In this document: positions 33,501-42,925 of the stretch, in pieces
How positions within the stretch are numbered: position 1 is the stretch's first letter
Layout: each line of letters begins with the position of its first letter
Origin: Myxococcales bacterium
GTDB lineage: Bacteria; Desulfobacterota; Binatia; HRBIN30
Assembly (NCBI GenBank): GCA_037445065.1
Contig: JBBILD010000006.1
Span: forward strand, 96,001 to 160,000
Direction of reading: 5' to 3'
Length of the DNA stretch: 64,000 nt
Program-made: the position numbers and the translations under genes
Notes under the pieces: model-generated
What the model was told of the DNA's origin: nothing
Seen by the model: only the letters and a program-made list of their open reading frames with translations
Databases searched by the model: none

Positions 33501-36500
33501 CACTGTGACCTTGCCGGAAGGGGTCACCCCGGGGCTCACGCTCACCGATCGCCTCCCGACCGGTTTCCAGTACGTTAGCGGCAGCGTGACGGTGGTTCCG
33601 GGAAGTTTCAATGGAACGGTGACGTCGTCCCCCGCAGTGTCGGTGAGTGGCACGCCGGCCACGGGCCAAATCGTGACGATGAGTTTCGGCAACGTCAGCG
33701 TCAATGATGACAACGTCCCCACGAACAACAGTTTTCAAGTCACCTTGGAAGCACAAGTCATGAACGTTGCGCAGAACAATGGTGCGTCCTCGCCACAAAC
33801 CAAGACCAATCGAGTCGACCTGAATTTTACCGGTAACCCGGGAGGAGTGATCACCAGCACCGTTAGCACGACCTTCCGCGAACCGCGGCTGACGATCAGT
33901 AAGACCATGTCGCCCTCTAGCCCAGACGCCGGGGACTTGGTCACGATCACGCTGGTCGTGAACAACACCGGGACCTCGCAGGCGCACGACGTGGTGGTCA
34001 CGGACACCTTGCCGGCGAGTCTGTTTGACACGACTCCTGTCGTTTCGGTCAATGAGGGAACCACTCCCCCCGGTTTTGTCTACGCTTATTTTCCCCCCAC
34101 CGTAACCTACACGGGCGGGCCAATCCCTGCGGGTGCATCCCGCATGTTTACGTTCACGGCCCGCGTGCGGAGCGACGTGGTCACGGGTTCCTCGTACGTG
34201 AACTCCGCTTCGGTGACAGGAGACTCTCAGGCCGGCGTGGTGCCAGAACAACGTACCACGACCGCAAATGCCAGTGCGACTGCCTCAGTGCCGGCAACGA
34301 CTGCGAACAAGGATGTATTCGCCACTTCGGAGTCCACCACCGATCCCGGAGACGCGAACGCCAATGCCAATCCGCCGGTCGCGATCGGCGAAGTGGTGAC
34401 TTTCCGGCTCACGTTCTCCTTGCCGGAAGGCGTGACCCGATCCGTCACCCTGGTGGATGCTTTGCCTGCCGGGCTGCAGCACATTCCGGGGACTGCGTTT
34501 TTGACTCGGAGCAGCACCGCGCTTGTGGCTACGAACGACCCGGGTGGGATCAACGCTGCTGCCCCCGGGACCCCGGTGGCGGTCACTTTATCCGGTGTGA
34601 GCGGTGAGATCACGCTCAACCTCGGGGACGTTACGAACTCTGACTCCGACAACACGACCCCCGAGCGATACACGCTGACGTTTGGAGCCGTGGTGGAAAA
34701 CTCGGCTGCAAACAATGCCGGCACCAATTTGGTGAACATCGGCCGCATTCGCTTCGAAAACTTCAATGGAGTGACGCAGCAAGTGGATACGAACACACGC
34801 ACCGTACACGTGGCCGAGCCAGTGTTGTCCGTGGACAAGTCGGCGAGCCCGACCACAGCCAGCGGCGGAACGCTGGTGACGTTCACGTTAGTGGTGTCGA
34901 ATACCGCTTCCGGAACGAATGCGGCGAGCGCCTTCGATTGGACGGTTACCGACCCATTGCCGAGCTACTACCTCTCGCCCTCGGTCAGTTCGGTGAACAC
35001 AGGTAGCACTGGCGCAGCGGTGAGCGCCTCCTTCACTGGCAATACTTTGAACGCGACCATTGACCAACTCGATCCGGGAGAATCCGTAACGATCGCGTAC
35101 ACAGCTACGGTCGATCCAGGTGTGGCCTTCAGCTTGGTGATCACGAACACTGCAACAGCGACGGCTACGAGTTTGCCCGGACCGAACGGCTCAGGTGGCG
35201 TGACGCCCGGTGCCCCTGGTTCGACCACCGGCGAGCGCACCGGCGCGGGCGGCGTGAACGACTTGTTAGCCGCCGACTCTGCGCAGGTGACGATCGATGC
35301 TCCTTCTCTCACCAAGGTCACGGTCAACCCGGAGCCGTACACGCCGATTTCGGGTGTGGCGACGTTCCGCGTAACGGCAGGTGTCCCCACGGGAACGACC
35401 AGCAGCCTCGTGGTTACGGATACTCTCGCATCCGGACTGGAATACGTCCCCGGCTCCCTGTCCGTGGTTCTGCCGGCTGGCGCAACCAGTTCTAACGCAC
35501 CGCTGAACGACGCCAACCCGGCCTTCTTTTCGCAATCTGGGAACGTGCTGACCTTCGACTTCGGCACGTTATCTGCGCCGAACCCGGGCAATTTGGAGAT
35601 CACTTACGACGTCCGCGTGCGGAACATCCTGGCTAATCAAGAGGGGGTAATCTTGGGAAATTCCGCCACCCTCCAGTTTACCGACCCGAACACCGCTGGG
35701 ACCATCACCTTAGGGCCGGTGTCCACTGCGGACCCGGTCCGCGTCGGTGAGCCCAACCTCACGTTGTTCAAAGTGGTGCTTTCTGGGGGAGTAGGTGCGG
35801 ATGCGGGGGATACGGTGCGCTGGCGCGTTACCCTGCAGAATACCGGTCACACGCCGGCGTACCAGTTGAACTGGAGCGACGCGCTACCCGACGGGCTGAA
35901 CCAGATCAGCAACGTGAGCGTGACGACAAGTGGCGGCAACGTGTTCTTGAACGGGACCACGACCCCGGTCACCACCGCACACGCGACGGTTTCGACAACG
36001 ACGAACACGAACGACACGATTGCCCTGCCGCTGCTCGAGATGTGGCCTGGAGCAGTGCTGAACATCGAATTCGATTCGGTGGTGATGAACACGGTGACGC
36101 CAGGGCAAGTACTCAACAACCAGACCCGGGCTAACTATACCAGCCTTGTCAGTGGTGGGCGCGATAACTCTTCGAACCCTGGGAACGTGGACGACGACAA
36201 CAACGCGGACCTGAACAACTACGAAGAGTCGGTGAGCCAGTCGATCACCGTGGCCTCGGATGTGGCCATTGACAAGCTGGTGACTCCAACCGTTTACACG
36301 ATTGGGCAAACCGTGACCTACCGCGTGCGGCTGGACGTGATCGAGGGTACGCTGCCTGCCCTTATTCTGACCGACGTGTTGCCCGCTGGGCTCACGTATG
36401 TGAGTCACGTGATTTCGTTTGGCAACATGGGGATGGTTGCGACCAACCCAACGTACAACACTCGTTTGGGAAGCGGCCAAACCGTCCAGTTCAACTTTGG

Positions 36501-39500
36501 AGATCTGATCAACCCGGGAAATGGCAGCTTCGTGGACGACTTCTTCACCGTGGACATCCAGGCTCGCGTGGACAACGTTGCGGCGAACCAAAACGGCACG
36601 GTGCTGCGCAACGGCGAGCAGGCGGAGGGATCCACGGTGTCGGTGCAGTATGGAGTCGGTACTCCCACGGTTTTAGTTTTCGACGAGGATGCCGGTGCAC
36701 CAGGAATCCAGGGCGTGCCGATCACCATTGTCGAGCCTGAACTCGAAGTCGAGAAGACCGTGTCGCCCACGTCGCAGGCCTTAGGTGACGAGGTGACGTT
36801 TACGGTGACCGTGCGACACGCAGCGAGCAGTACTGCGGATGCGTTCGATTTGGAGATCAACGACACCTTGCCGAGCGGCCTGAGCTACGTCAGTGGATCC
36901 GCCACCCTTCCTCCTGCGGACGTGACCGTTAGCGGCCAGAACCTGACCTTCCGCATTTCGTCTCTGACACTGATTGCCGGGAGCCGGACGTTTACGTACC
37001 GCGCTCGCGTCGAGCCCACAGCTTCGGTTGGCTCGGTGCAGACCAACAACCTGGTGCTTACCTGGTCGAGCTTGCCCGGTGCGACGGGCAGCTCGAGCAG
37101 TGGCCGTACCGGGTCGGGTGGCGTCAATGATTACATCCAAACGGACTCGGCCTCGGTAACCGTCCGGGCGCCTGCTTTCATCGAGGCGGTGAAAACGGTG
37201 ACGGATCTGAACGGCGGTCGTGTGATTCCGGGTGAAACGCTGCAGTACAACGTTGCGCTGGTGAATGGGCCTACCACGGTCACCAACGTTGTGTTTACCG
37301 ATTCGCTTCCGGCCTACGTGACGTACGTTCCGGGTTCGCTGTCCACGACTGCTGGGACGGGCTCGGTTGTGGGCACCGTGATCACGGTGAACATTCCGAC
37401 GTTGAACCCGAATCAGGTCGTGAACATTAGTTTTCAGGTGGTGGTGAATCCAGGCACCCAGCAGGGCACGCTCATTTCCAATCAGGGGGTCGTGGACTCA
37501 CCCATGACCGAGCCAGAGCCCACGGACTGGGATGGCAACGATGGCAACGGGGATCAACCCACGGACGTGATTGTGGAAGGCACCCGCCGCGGGTCGTTGC
37601 GAGTCTCGAAGAGCGTGGCCCTGATTGGCGACACCGTTGCGCCGGTGGGCACGCTGAATTCTGGGGACACGGTACGGTATAGCATCGTCATTCTGAACGA
37701 CGGACCGGTCGCAGTGACGAACGTCGCCTTTTCGGACTCCGTACCGGTAGGCCCTCCGGGAGTCGTGGTCACAAATGTCTCCACGACGCGAGGGACCGCA
37801 CCTCCGCCTTCGAACAACGTCGTGATCTCGGATATCGGAACGGTTCAGCCAGGTGAGACGGTTACGATCACGATCGAGGGTACCGTGAACGGCGATGGTT
37901 TGGTGTGTAACCAGGGATCCGTTTCCAGTACGGAGACGGGCAACGTATTGTCGGACTCGAATAACAACAGGAGCGACGGCGCCCAGCCTACCTGCGTTTT
38001 GGCGGAGCCCGCTTCTACGTCTGGCTCTCCCGCCCTCGCTATCGACAAGCAGTATGCCTTGCTGGCAGACACGAATCGCAGCGGCGGAATCAACGCGGGG
38101 GAAATCGTGCGTTACACGGTAACCATCACCAATCTGGGGAGCGCTTCTGCGACTGATGTGAGTCTCGAAGACTTCATACCGGCAGGGGTTACTTTGATTT
38201 CCGGGAGCGTCCGGCCGAGCCAAGGCTTGGTGGTTTCCGAGTCGCCGGTGCAGGTAAATCTCGGAATCCTTGATCCGGGAGGCATTGCCACGGTCACTTA
38301 CGATGTGGTGGTAGATACCGCGCCGCCCGGTAGCTTGGTGACGAATACGGCGCGAACCCGTAGTGCCCAGGGTGACGATAGTTCCGATTCGAGTACCTTT
38401 AGTGTGCAATCCGACCGGATCGACGTGGCCCTGCAAAAGTCGCACACCGATGCCTTCTGGGTCGGGCAAACGGCCGCTTACACCCTCACCGTCCGGAATG
38501 CTGGAACCTTGGCAACGTCCGGGCCGATCGTCGTGACGGACACGCTGCCAGCGGGGCTCACGTTCGTCTCGGCCGCGGGGGCGGGCTGGAGTTGCAATGC
38601 CAGTGGCCAAACGGTGACCTGTTCGTATTCTGCCAGTTTGCCTGTGGGAGCGACGGCTTCGTTCGAATTGCGCGTGGCTGTCGGGTCCGCCGCGTACCCG
38701 ACGGTCACAAACACTGCGCAGGTTTCTACCTCTGGTGACACCGTGGCCTCGAACAACTTCGCCAGTGACCCGACCACGATCCGGCGAGATGCGCCGCCCA
38801 CGTCGACTCCGACTCGCACGCCGACCCCGCCGAGCGGGGGCACCGCAACTGCGACACCGACGGGTGGCGTCGTTTCTCCGTCGCCTACCAGCGCTGGGGG
38901 AACTCCGACGCGTACGCGCACGCCCACGCGTACCCCCACTCCCACGCGTACGTTGACGGCTGCGCCGACCGCCAGCGCTACCCGCACGGGAACCAGTGTG
39001 GTCAGCCCCACGCCGACGCGAACCGGTACGCCGGGTGTGCTGCCAACGGCAGGCGCGGATTGTTCTGGAAGCCAGCGATTGCGGATCGTGTGGACGGCGC
39101 GGCGCCCAGCGGAAGCCACGGTTTGGATTTCAGCCAACCGGTGCAAGACCCCGCCGCGCTGCTTCGAGCCAGAGGTGGTAGGCTCGACGGTGATCGTGCC
39201 ACCTGTGCTGCTGGAGGTAAGCGACCCGAACGGCTTCGCGATCTCTAGCGAGCTCGAATCCATCCCGAGCCACCAAGGGAAGTGTCCCGGTGGGGTGGAC
39301 GCGTTCTGCCATACGAGCGACGCGGAGTACCACATCGATCGAGTTCGCTTCATCTATGGCCGCACCGGTGTGACCACGCTACGCGGTAAGCTTCACTTCC
39401 GACTGGAGCCCCCCGTACTCCCCAGCTTCGTGTCTCCGATCAAAGTCAAACTCGAGGACCGGGGCGGCTATCGGCTGGAGCTCACTTTCACGGACTGTCA

Positions 39501-39543
39501 GTGGCGGAGCACGGCGACAGCGACCCGGTTGCAATGCCGTTGA
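30598..39543 (+). CDS. Giant (2981 aa) secreted surface protein with ~16 isopeptide-forming/DUF11-type beta-sandwich repeats, Pro/Thr linker and Cys-rich C-terminal domain
   Basis: Signal peptide; repeated hxK..GD.VTY/F..D.LP.G...N.A units; TPTRTPTP linker ~38800-39050; terminal ...DCQWRSTATATRLQCR. Confidence 0.9.
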   Translation: MMCQERNESRLWYALLLVASMVAVVRPTWAAPVPSVSLAVPGSVLIGDPVSFTVTFDNASPTDAGYGPYIDLELPTIGADGAGPATDDGISFVGATYLGAPVTATVLTCPVASHPFTGLPVTCTAGNQLVVLELPFGSFTNDQPPATINVNTNLSNLADLGVPLTIRATPGFRFGADPLDNPGTDPPIIGATQNAAVTPTLITLSKSYDGPEDETATGPNFPRRYTITVDVAPGQTVTNLDVRDFLPNNISFSSVISITPGSGVILQQPPSGVASNPPNNEVRVRFASVTGGAGPDATVVFEFFVPEFDANGARVIDANTGDDVISDNQARADANWTPIDTRDPATAVTVDPTGPEHRLNDRSVAIQKSSSIVSDVGNPGPSPGDVVEYALEFQVSDFFAFSNLRIEYDVLSDGQRLDPSFTPTLSVTENGATTSGPFSPTNYSVTVDSPGTGTSRLFFDISGELVTRGFSGQLLGGLVPDGPPANDGPTTGVIRYRATILDQYTDDFPSGDPSLNSGDSVSNSVTIVGEVLDNATLTPTGFSEDDSSGAGLTIPIGGLVKSIYARNGVVGSFTQIAPGDTVTFRLQYTIPTGDVEALRLQDYLPLPVLFATEVTTFVDTVSAAPPAAGFAQFGPADTFRALSGIVPSINVDATANLLEFVYGTYANPANTSAVVDVLFTVTVSANPFTDGLFLTNQVRARGQNTQMETTTTSDSIVQFQLTEPVIQWSNIKGAVASSNPAAIFSPGAVGPVSFTAPGSGCPRFSGTIHSNGLAATPIRSDVSNVDAGDLVTFAIVVENTGSGLRGAFDVRLRDTLPPGFSIPSGGPNLCVTDGTGAPISFANLGGGLFDPAGGIELVDPGPTSSPEGALDPYDPTNGRNIAVITFDLRVDGPSDPAPVAPRQQLVNTTTLFNYAGAEGGPDHTLSDPSDTATATIASPAVAKAITAIVPNGTGGASTTAGDIVTYTITVTLPEGVTPGLTLTDRLPTGFQYVSGSVTVVPGSFNGTVTSSPAVSVSGTPATGQIVTMSFGNVSVNDDNVPTNNSFQVTLEAQVMNVAQNNGASSPQTKTNRVDLNFTGNPGGVITSTVSTTFREPRLTISKTMSPSSPDAGDLVTITLVVNNTGTSQAHDVVVTDTLPASLFDTTPVVSVNEGTTPPGFVYAYFPPTVTYTGGPIPAGASRMFTFTARVRSDVVTGSSYVNSASVTGDSQAGVVPEQRTTTANASATASVPATTANKDVFATSESTTDPGDANANANPPVAIGEVVTFRLTFSLPEGVTRSVTLVDALPAGLQHIPGTAFLTRSSTALVATNDPGGINAAAPGTPVAVTLSGVSGEITLNLGDVTNSDSDNTTPERYTLTFGAVVENSAANNAGTNLVNIGRIRFENFNGVTQQVDTNTRTVHVAEPVLSVDKSASPTTASGGTLVTFTLVVSNTASGTNAASAFDWTVTDPLPSYYLSPSVSSVNTGSTGAAVSASFTGNTLNATIDQLDPGESVTIAYTATVDPGVAFSLVITNTATATATSLPGPNGSGGVTPGAPGSTTGERTGAGGVNDLLAADSAQVTIDAPSLTKVTVNPEPYTPISGVATFRVTAGVPTGTTSSLVVTDTLASGLEYVPGSLSVVLPAGATSSNAPLNDANPAFFSQSGNVLTFDFGTLSAPNPGNLEITYDVRVRNILANQEGVILGNSATLQFTDPNTAGTITLGPVSTADPVRVGEPNLTLFKVVLSGGVGADAGDTVRWRVTLQNTGHTPAYQLNWSDALPDGLNQISNVSVTTSGGNVFLNGTTTPVTTAHATVSTTTNTNDTIALPLLEMWPGAVLNIEFDSVVMNTVTPGQVLNNQTRANYTSLVSGGRDNSSNPGNVDDDNNADLNNYEESVSQSITVASDVAIDKLVTPTVYTIGQTVTYRVRLDVIEGTLPALILTDVLPAGLTYVSHVISFGNMGMVATNPTYNTRLGSGQTVQFNFGDLINPGNGSFVDDFFTVDIQARVDNVAANQNGTVLRNGEQAEGSTVSVQYGVGTPTVLVFDEDAGAPGIQGVPITIVEPELEVEKTVSPTSQALGDEVTFTVTVRHAASSTADAFDLEINDTLPSGLSYVSGSATLPPADVTVSGQNLTFRISSLTLIAGSRTFTYRARVEPTASVGSVQTNNLVLTWSSLPGATGSSSSGRTGSGGVNDYIQTDSASVTVRAPAFIEAVKTVTDLNGGRVIPGETLQYNVALVNGPTTVTNVVFTDSLPAYVTYVPGSLSTTAGTGSVVGTVITVNIPTLNPNQVVNISFQVVVNPGTQQGTLISNQGVVDSPMTEPEPTDWDGNDGNGDQPTDVIVEGTRRGSLRVSKSVALIGDTVAPVGTLNSGDTVRYSIVILNDGPVAVTNVAFSDSVPVGPPGVVVTNVSTTRGTAPPPSNNVVISDIGTVQPGETVTITIEGTVNGDGLVCNQGSVSSTETGNVLSDSNNNRSDGAQPTCVLAEPASTSGSPALAIDKQYALLADTNRSGGINAGEIVRYTVTITNLGSASATDVSLEDFIPAGVTLISGSVRPSQGLVVSESPVQVNLGILDPGGIATVTYDVVVDTAPPGSLVTNTARTRSAQGDDSSDSSTFSVQSDRIDVALQKSHTDAFWVGQTAAYTLTVRNAGTLATSGPIVVTDTLPAGLTFVSAAGAGWSCNASGQTVTCSYSASLPVGATASFELRVAVGSAAYPTVTNTAQVSTSGDTVASNNFASDPTTIRRDAPPTSTPTRTPTPPSGGTATATPTGGVVSPSPTSAGGTPTRTRTPTRTPTPTRTLTAAPTASATRTGTSVVSPTPTRTGTPGVLPTAGADCSGSQRLRIVWTARRPAEATVWISANRCKTPPRCFEPEVVGSTVIVPPVLLEVSDPNGFAISSELESIPSHQGKCPGGVDAFCHTSDAEYHIDRVRFIYGRTGVTTLRGKLHFRLEPPVLPSFVSPIKVKLEDRGGYRLELTFTDCQWRSTATATRLQCR

Positions 39544-39787
39544 GGAAGCCGCGGATTCGTTCGGGTGATCCTCACGGCATGCCGTTCTGCGGGAGGTCGC
39601 GCCTAGGGTGTGGCGCCCGCTCTCGCTCGGGCCACTGCCTCCAAGATCTCGAAGGAATTGGAGAAATGCGGGGCGAGTAAGGCATGAGCCCGAAAACGCG
39701 CCGAGCGGGCGCGAAAAGTTTCCTTGCTTAAGGTTGAACCGCGGAGTAGGCGTTAAGGTACCATTGGAGCTTGAAGGTCAGGGAAGG

Positions 39788-39868
39788 CTCGCAGGGTAGC
39801 CCCTGCGGGAGTTGGCGCTAGCCCTCTCTCTCTTAGCCCCCCTTCGGGAGAGAGGGCGGCGCTGACTC
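39788..39868 (+). ncRNA. Candidate structured RNA or leader (two stacked hairpins)
   Basis: cgcaggg-tagc-ccctgcg; then gagttggcgct(a)gccctctctc / gagagagggc-ggcgctgactc with G-U pairs on + strand and a pyrimidine-rich loop. Confidence 0.3.
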
Positions 39869-40073
39869 AGCCGGGCTTGCGGCGGGCAGAGCCGGGGTGG
39901 GTGTGGGCGTCACCGGGGTCTTCTGCGTGTGCGTCTGGGTGCGGAGCAGGGGCAGACCGCTACTGGCGGGCGGCCGTGACACAGGCGACGAGCATGAAAC
40001 CTCCGCGCGCCAGTTGCAGGAGGAGGCAGAAGCGGTTTCGGTTCGGATCGTTCTGGGCTAGAGGGGCGAGGTT

Positions 40074-41132
40074 ATGAAAGCCGTGATTCTCTGCGCGGGA
40101 TTGGGCACGAGATTGCGCCCGCTGACGTTTAGCACCGCAAAGCATCTCATCCCGGTGGCGAACAAGCCGGTGCTGTTCTTCGGAATCGAGAGCTTAGTGG
40201 AAGTCGGGGTGCGCGAAATCGGCATCGTCGTAAGCCGCGAGAGCCGCGGTCCGATCCAGAACGCCGTGGACGATGGTAGCCGGTGGGGAGCGCAGGTCAC
40301 GTACATCCAGCAGGAGCATCCTCGTGGCCTTGCGCACGCTTGTGCCTGTGCAGAAGAGTTCGTAGGGGGCGAGCCATTTATCATGTATCTGGGGGACAAT
40401 TTGCTCCCGGACGGCCTCAAGGAGCCGGTCGCCTTGTTCGAGAGAAGCGGCGCAAATTCCGTCGTTCTGCTGAAGGAAGTCGAAGACCCCACTCGTTTTG
40501 GGATTGCAGAGATCGAGGGAGATCGCATTGTCCGCCTGGTGGAAAAACCCAAGCAACCGCGTTCGAATCTGGCCATCGTCGGTGGGTACCTGTTCGATCA
40601 TCATATCTTCGAATCGATCCGCCAAATTCAGCCGTCGTGGCGAGGAGAGTACGAGATCACCGACGCGATTCAGAATCTGATCGATCGCGGTCTCACCGTC
40701 TTGCCCTATATCGTCCCTGGTTGGTGGAAAGACACGGGAAAGCCCGAGGACATCTTGGACGCGAACCGCGTGGTCTTGGACGGTATGAAGAGCCGGATCG
40801 AGGGGAAGCTTGACGCGGCGAGTAAGCTCAGCGGGGAGGTCATTATCGAAGAGGGCGCCGAAGTGATTGGTTCCCGCTTGCGGGGGCCGCTCATTATCGG
40901 GAAAGAGGCGCGCGTGATCGAATCGGAGATCGGTCCGTACGTTTCTCTTGGCGACCGTAGCCACGTAACGCGTTGCCGGCTCGAGAACTGCGTGGTGATG
41001 GAGGACAGCCGGCTCGAAGCCGTTCGGCAGCCGATCCGCGATAGTTTGCTTGGTCGGCGGGTGTCGGTCTCGGGGGCGCTCGCCGCGACACGCTTGCTGC
41101 TCGGGGACGATTGCGAAGTCGAACTGTCCTGA
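40074..41132 (+). CDS. Glucose-1-phosphate thymidylyltransferase, long form
   Basis: AGLGTRLRPLT..AKHLIPVANKP, GLAHA, YLGDN, EKP, GEYEITDA, WWKDTG; C-terminal left-handed beta-helix. Confidence 0.88.
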   Translation: MKAVILCAGLGTRLRPLTFSTAKHLIPVANKPVLFFGIESLVEVGVREIGIVVSRESRGPIQNAVDDGSRWGAQVTYIQQEHPRGLAHACACAEEFVGGEPFIMYLGDNLLPDGLKEPVALFERSGANSVVLLKEVEDPTRFGIAEIEGDRIVRLVEKPKQPRSNLAIVGGYLFDHHIFESIRQIQPSWRGEYEITDAIQNLIDRGLTVLPYIVPGWWKDTGKPEDILDANRVVLDGMKSRIEGKLDAASKLSGEVIIEEGAEVIGSRLRGPLIIGKEARVIESEIGPYVSLGDRSHVTRCRLENCVVMEDSRLEAVRQPIRDSLLGRRVSVSGALAATRLLLGDDCEVELS

Positions 41133-41218
41133 GCGAAGCAATCGTATGGCCCGATGGACAAGGTGCCCCAAGTAGTGCTCGAGGCGAAACAGAGTTAGGC
41201 GTTTTCGGTCGGAGCAGA

Positions 41219-41548
41219 ATGGTGCCCAGGAACCCAAGCACCCAGCCGGTTGTGTCGGTGCGGGCAAAACCCAGCCTTGCCGAAGCAGTCACGGCGCTGC
41301 GCTTGACATGGCGGTTGCTGCGCGACGGGCGGGTCCCACTGTGGGCCAAGCTCGTGCCGTTGGGTGCGCTTCTGTATGTGTTGCTTCCGTATGACATTCT
41401 CCCCGACGTCCTGCCTGGACTGGGGCAAGTGGATGACGCGATCTTGCTGTGGGCCGCCTACCGTTTCTTCGTGTGGCTCTGTCCGAGCGAGGTCGTGGAC
41501 GAGCATCGTGCTGCTCTCGCGCGCCGCCTGACTCCCGGAACCGGGTGA
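41219..41548 (+). CDS. DUF1232/YkvA family membrane protein
   Basis: DGRVPLWAK..LLYVLLPYDILPDVLPGLGQVDD. Confidence 0.85.
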   Translation: MVPRNPSTQPVVSVRAKPSLAEAVTALRLTWRLLRDGRVPLWAKLVPLGALLYVLLPYDILPDVLPGLGQVDDAILLWAAYRFFVWLCPSEVVDEHRAALARRLTPGTG

Positions 41549-41651
41549 TGACCGGCAGGCAACCGCCAGAACCGCTAGTGGGTGGAGCGGAGAGACGAAC
41601 GCCAGTACGCGTGCAGGTGAAAGCAGAACGCTGCGGTGATCATCACACCGC

Positions 41652-42290
41652 TCACCGCAGCCAAGTGCCGATCCGGTGGAAGTTCCAGCCCGACCAGTAC
41701 ACGAAGGTAGCGCGGCCTTTGATTGCCTTCTCGTCGGCAAAGCCCCAGTAGCGACTATCGAGACTTTCGTCGCGGTTGTCCCCCATCACGAAAAACTTTC
41801 CAGGTGGAACGACCACTGGGCCGAAGTTGTCACGCGGCACGCCGTTGACGTCCTGCGGAAATTTGAAGTGGGCATGAGGATCGGGCGCAGGCTCGCCATT
41901 GATGTAGAGGCGCTTGTGGCGGACTTCGACTCGGTCGCCTGCCACGGCCACCACGCGTTTGATCAAATCCGTTTTGCCGTCAGCCGGGGAGACAAAGACG
42001 ACGATATCGCCGCGCCGTGGACTGCCCCAATGGACTACGGGAACAACGATGCCTGTGAACGGTACGTCGAAGTGCAGGCCATAGGCGAGCTTATTGACGA
42101 ACAAGTGATCCCCGATCTGGATGGTGGGCAGCATCGAGCCGGACGGTACCCAGAAGGCCTCCACGATGGTGGCGCGAATCGCCAGCGCAACGAGCAAGGC
42201 AACGGCCAAAGACTCGAGATTCTGGCGCAGTTTCGACTTCGCAGCGGCGGAGTTCTGGTTGGCTGTGGCCTTGACTTTCGCTTCTGACAT
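41652..42290 (-). CDS. lepB: Signal peptidase I
   Basis: VPSGSMLPT, GDHLFVNK, RGDIVVF, IKRVVA, MGDNRDESLDSRYWG. Confidence 0.95.
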   Translation of the reverse strand: MSEAKVKATANQNSAAAKSKLRQNLESLAVALLVALAIRATIVEAFWVPSGSMLPTIQIGDHLFVNKLAYGLHFDVPFTGIVVPVVHWGSPRRGDIVVFVSPADGKTDLIKRVVAVAGDRVEVRHKRLYINGEPAPDPHAHFKFPQDVNGVPRDNFGPVVVPPGKFFVMGDNRDESLDSRYWGFADEKAIKGRATFVYWSGWNFHRIGTWLR

Positions 42291-42298
42291 CGGTGACC

Positions 42299-42925
42299 TC
42301 ACGCAAGACTGGGCTTCTCAACATCGCGTTTTCGCACCGTGCGTGCAACCAGCGCCGCCTCTGCCGCCTTGTCCCGGCGCGATACCCCCGGGCTGCCCAG
42401 CAGGTAAAAGCGCAGTGGAAGATCAGCGGCGAGACGAACTCCAATGCGGGTTGTGGTGACGATCCGTTCGGAGCGCCTGCGGAAACCAGGCTCGACCCAG
42501 ATGTGGGGGTCGGTGACCAGGTCGCGACCGTTGTCTTGCCGCGTCAAGCCGAGAACTCGTGCCACCCGCCCCGGCCCTTGCGCCCCTTCGATGTGATCGA
42601 GCCCGCGGATCAGCACTGCTCCGGCGACTCCCTCCTCTTCGGCAACCACGTTGACGCAATGGTGCATGCCATACGTGAAGTACACGTACAGCAGCCCGGG
42701 GGTGCCGAACATCACTTGATTGCGAGCTGTCCGCTTTCCACCGGCCGCATGGGAGGCGGCGTCTTGGGTGTACGCTTCGGTCTCCACGATGCGGCCCCGC
42801 AAGATTCGGCCATCTTTGCGGTGGCAAAAAAAGCAGCCGAGCAGCTTCCTGGCCAGCCGCACCGTATCGCCAGCAAAGTCTTGCCGGCCGAGGCGGTTCA
42901 CCAGGCGATCGGTCGTGGTACCCAT
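42299..42925 (-). CDS. mpg: DNA-3-methyladenine glycosylase (AAG/MPG family)
   Basis: LARKLLG, IVETEAY, YVYFTYGMHHC.N, AVLIR, GPG, RIG. Confidence 0.92.
   Translation of the reverse strand: MGTTTDRLVNRLGRQDFAGDTVRLARKLLGCFFCHRKDGRILRGRIVETEAYTQDAASHAAGGKRTARNQVMFGTPGLLYVYFTYGMHHCVNVVAEEEGVAGAVLIRGLDHIEGAQGPGRVARVLGLTRQDNGRDLVTDPHIWVEPGFRRRSERIVTTTRIGVRLAADLPLRFYLLGSPGVSRRDKAAEAALVARTVRKRDVEKPSLA

Noticed and set aside
38800..39050. DNA tandem repeat or contingency locus in the giant gene
   Set aside because: Codons vary; it is a protein-level Pro/Thr linker
30646..39353. Many long antisense or alternative-frame ORFs (also opposite ilvD, bioA, gshA and the cyclase)
   Set aside because: Shadow ORFs expected from high-GC codon bias; no motifs
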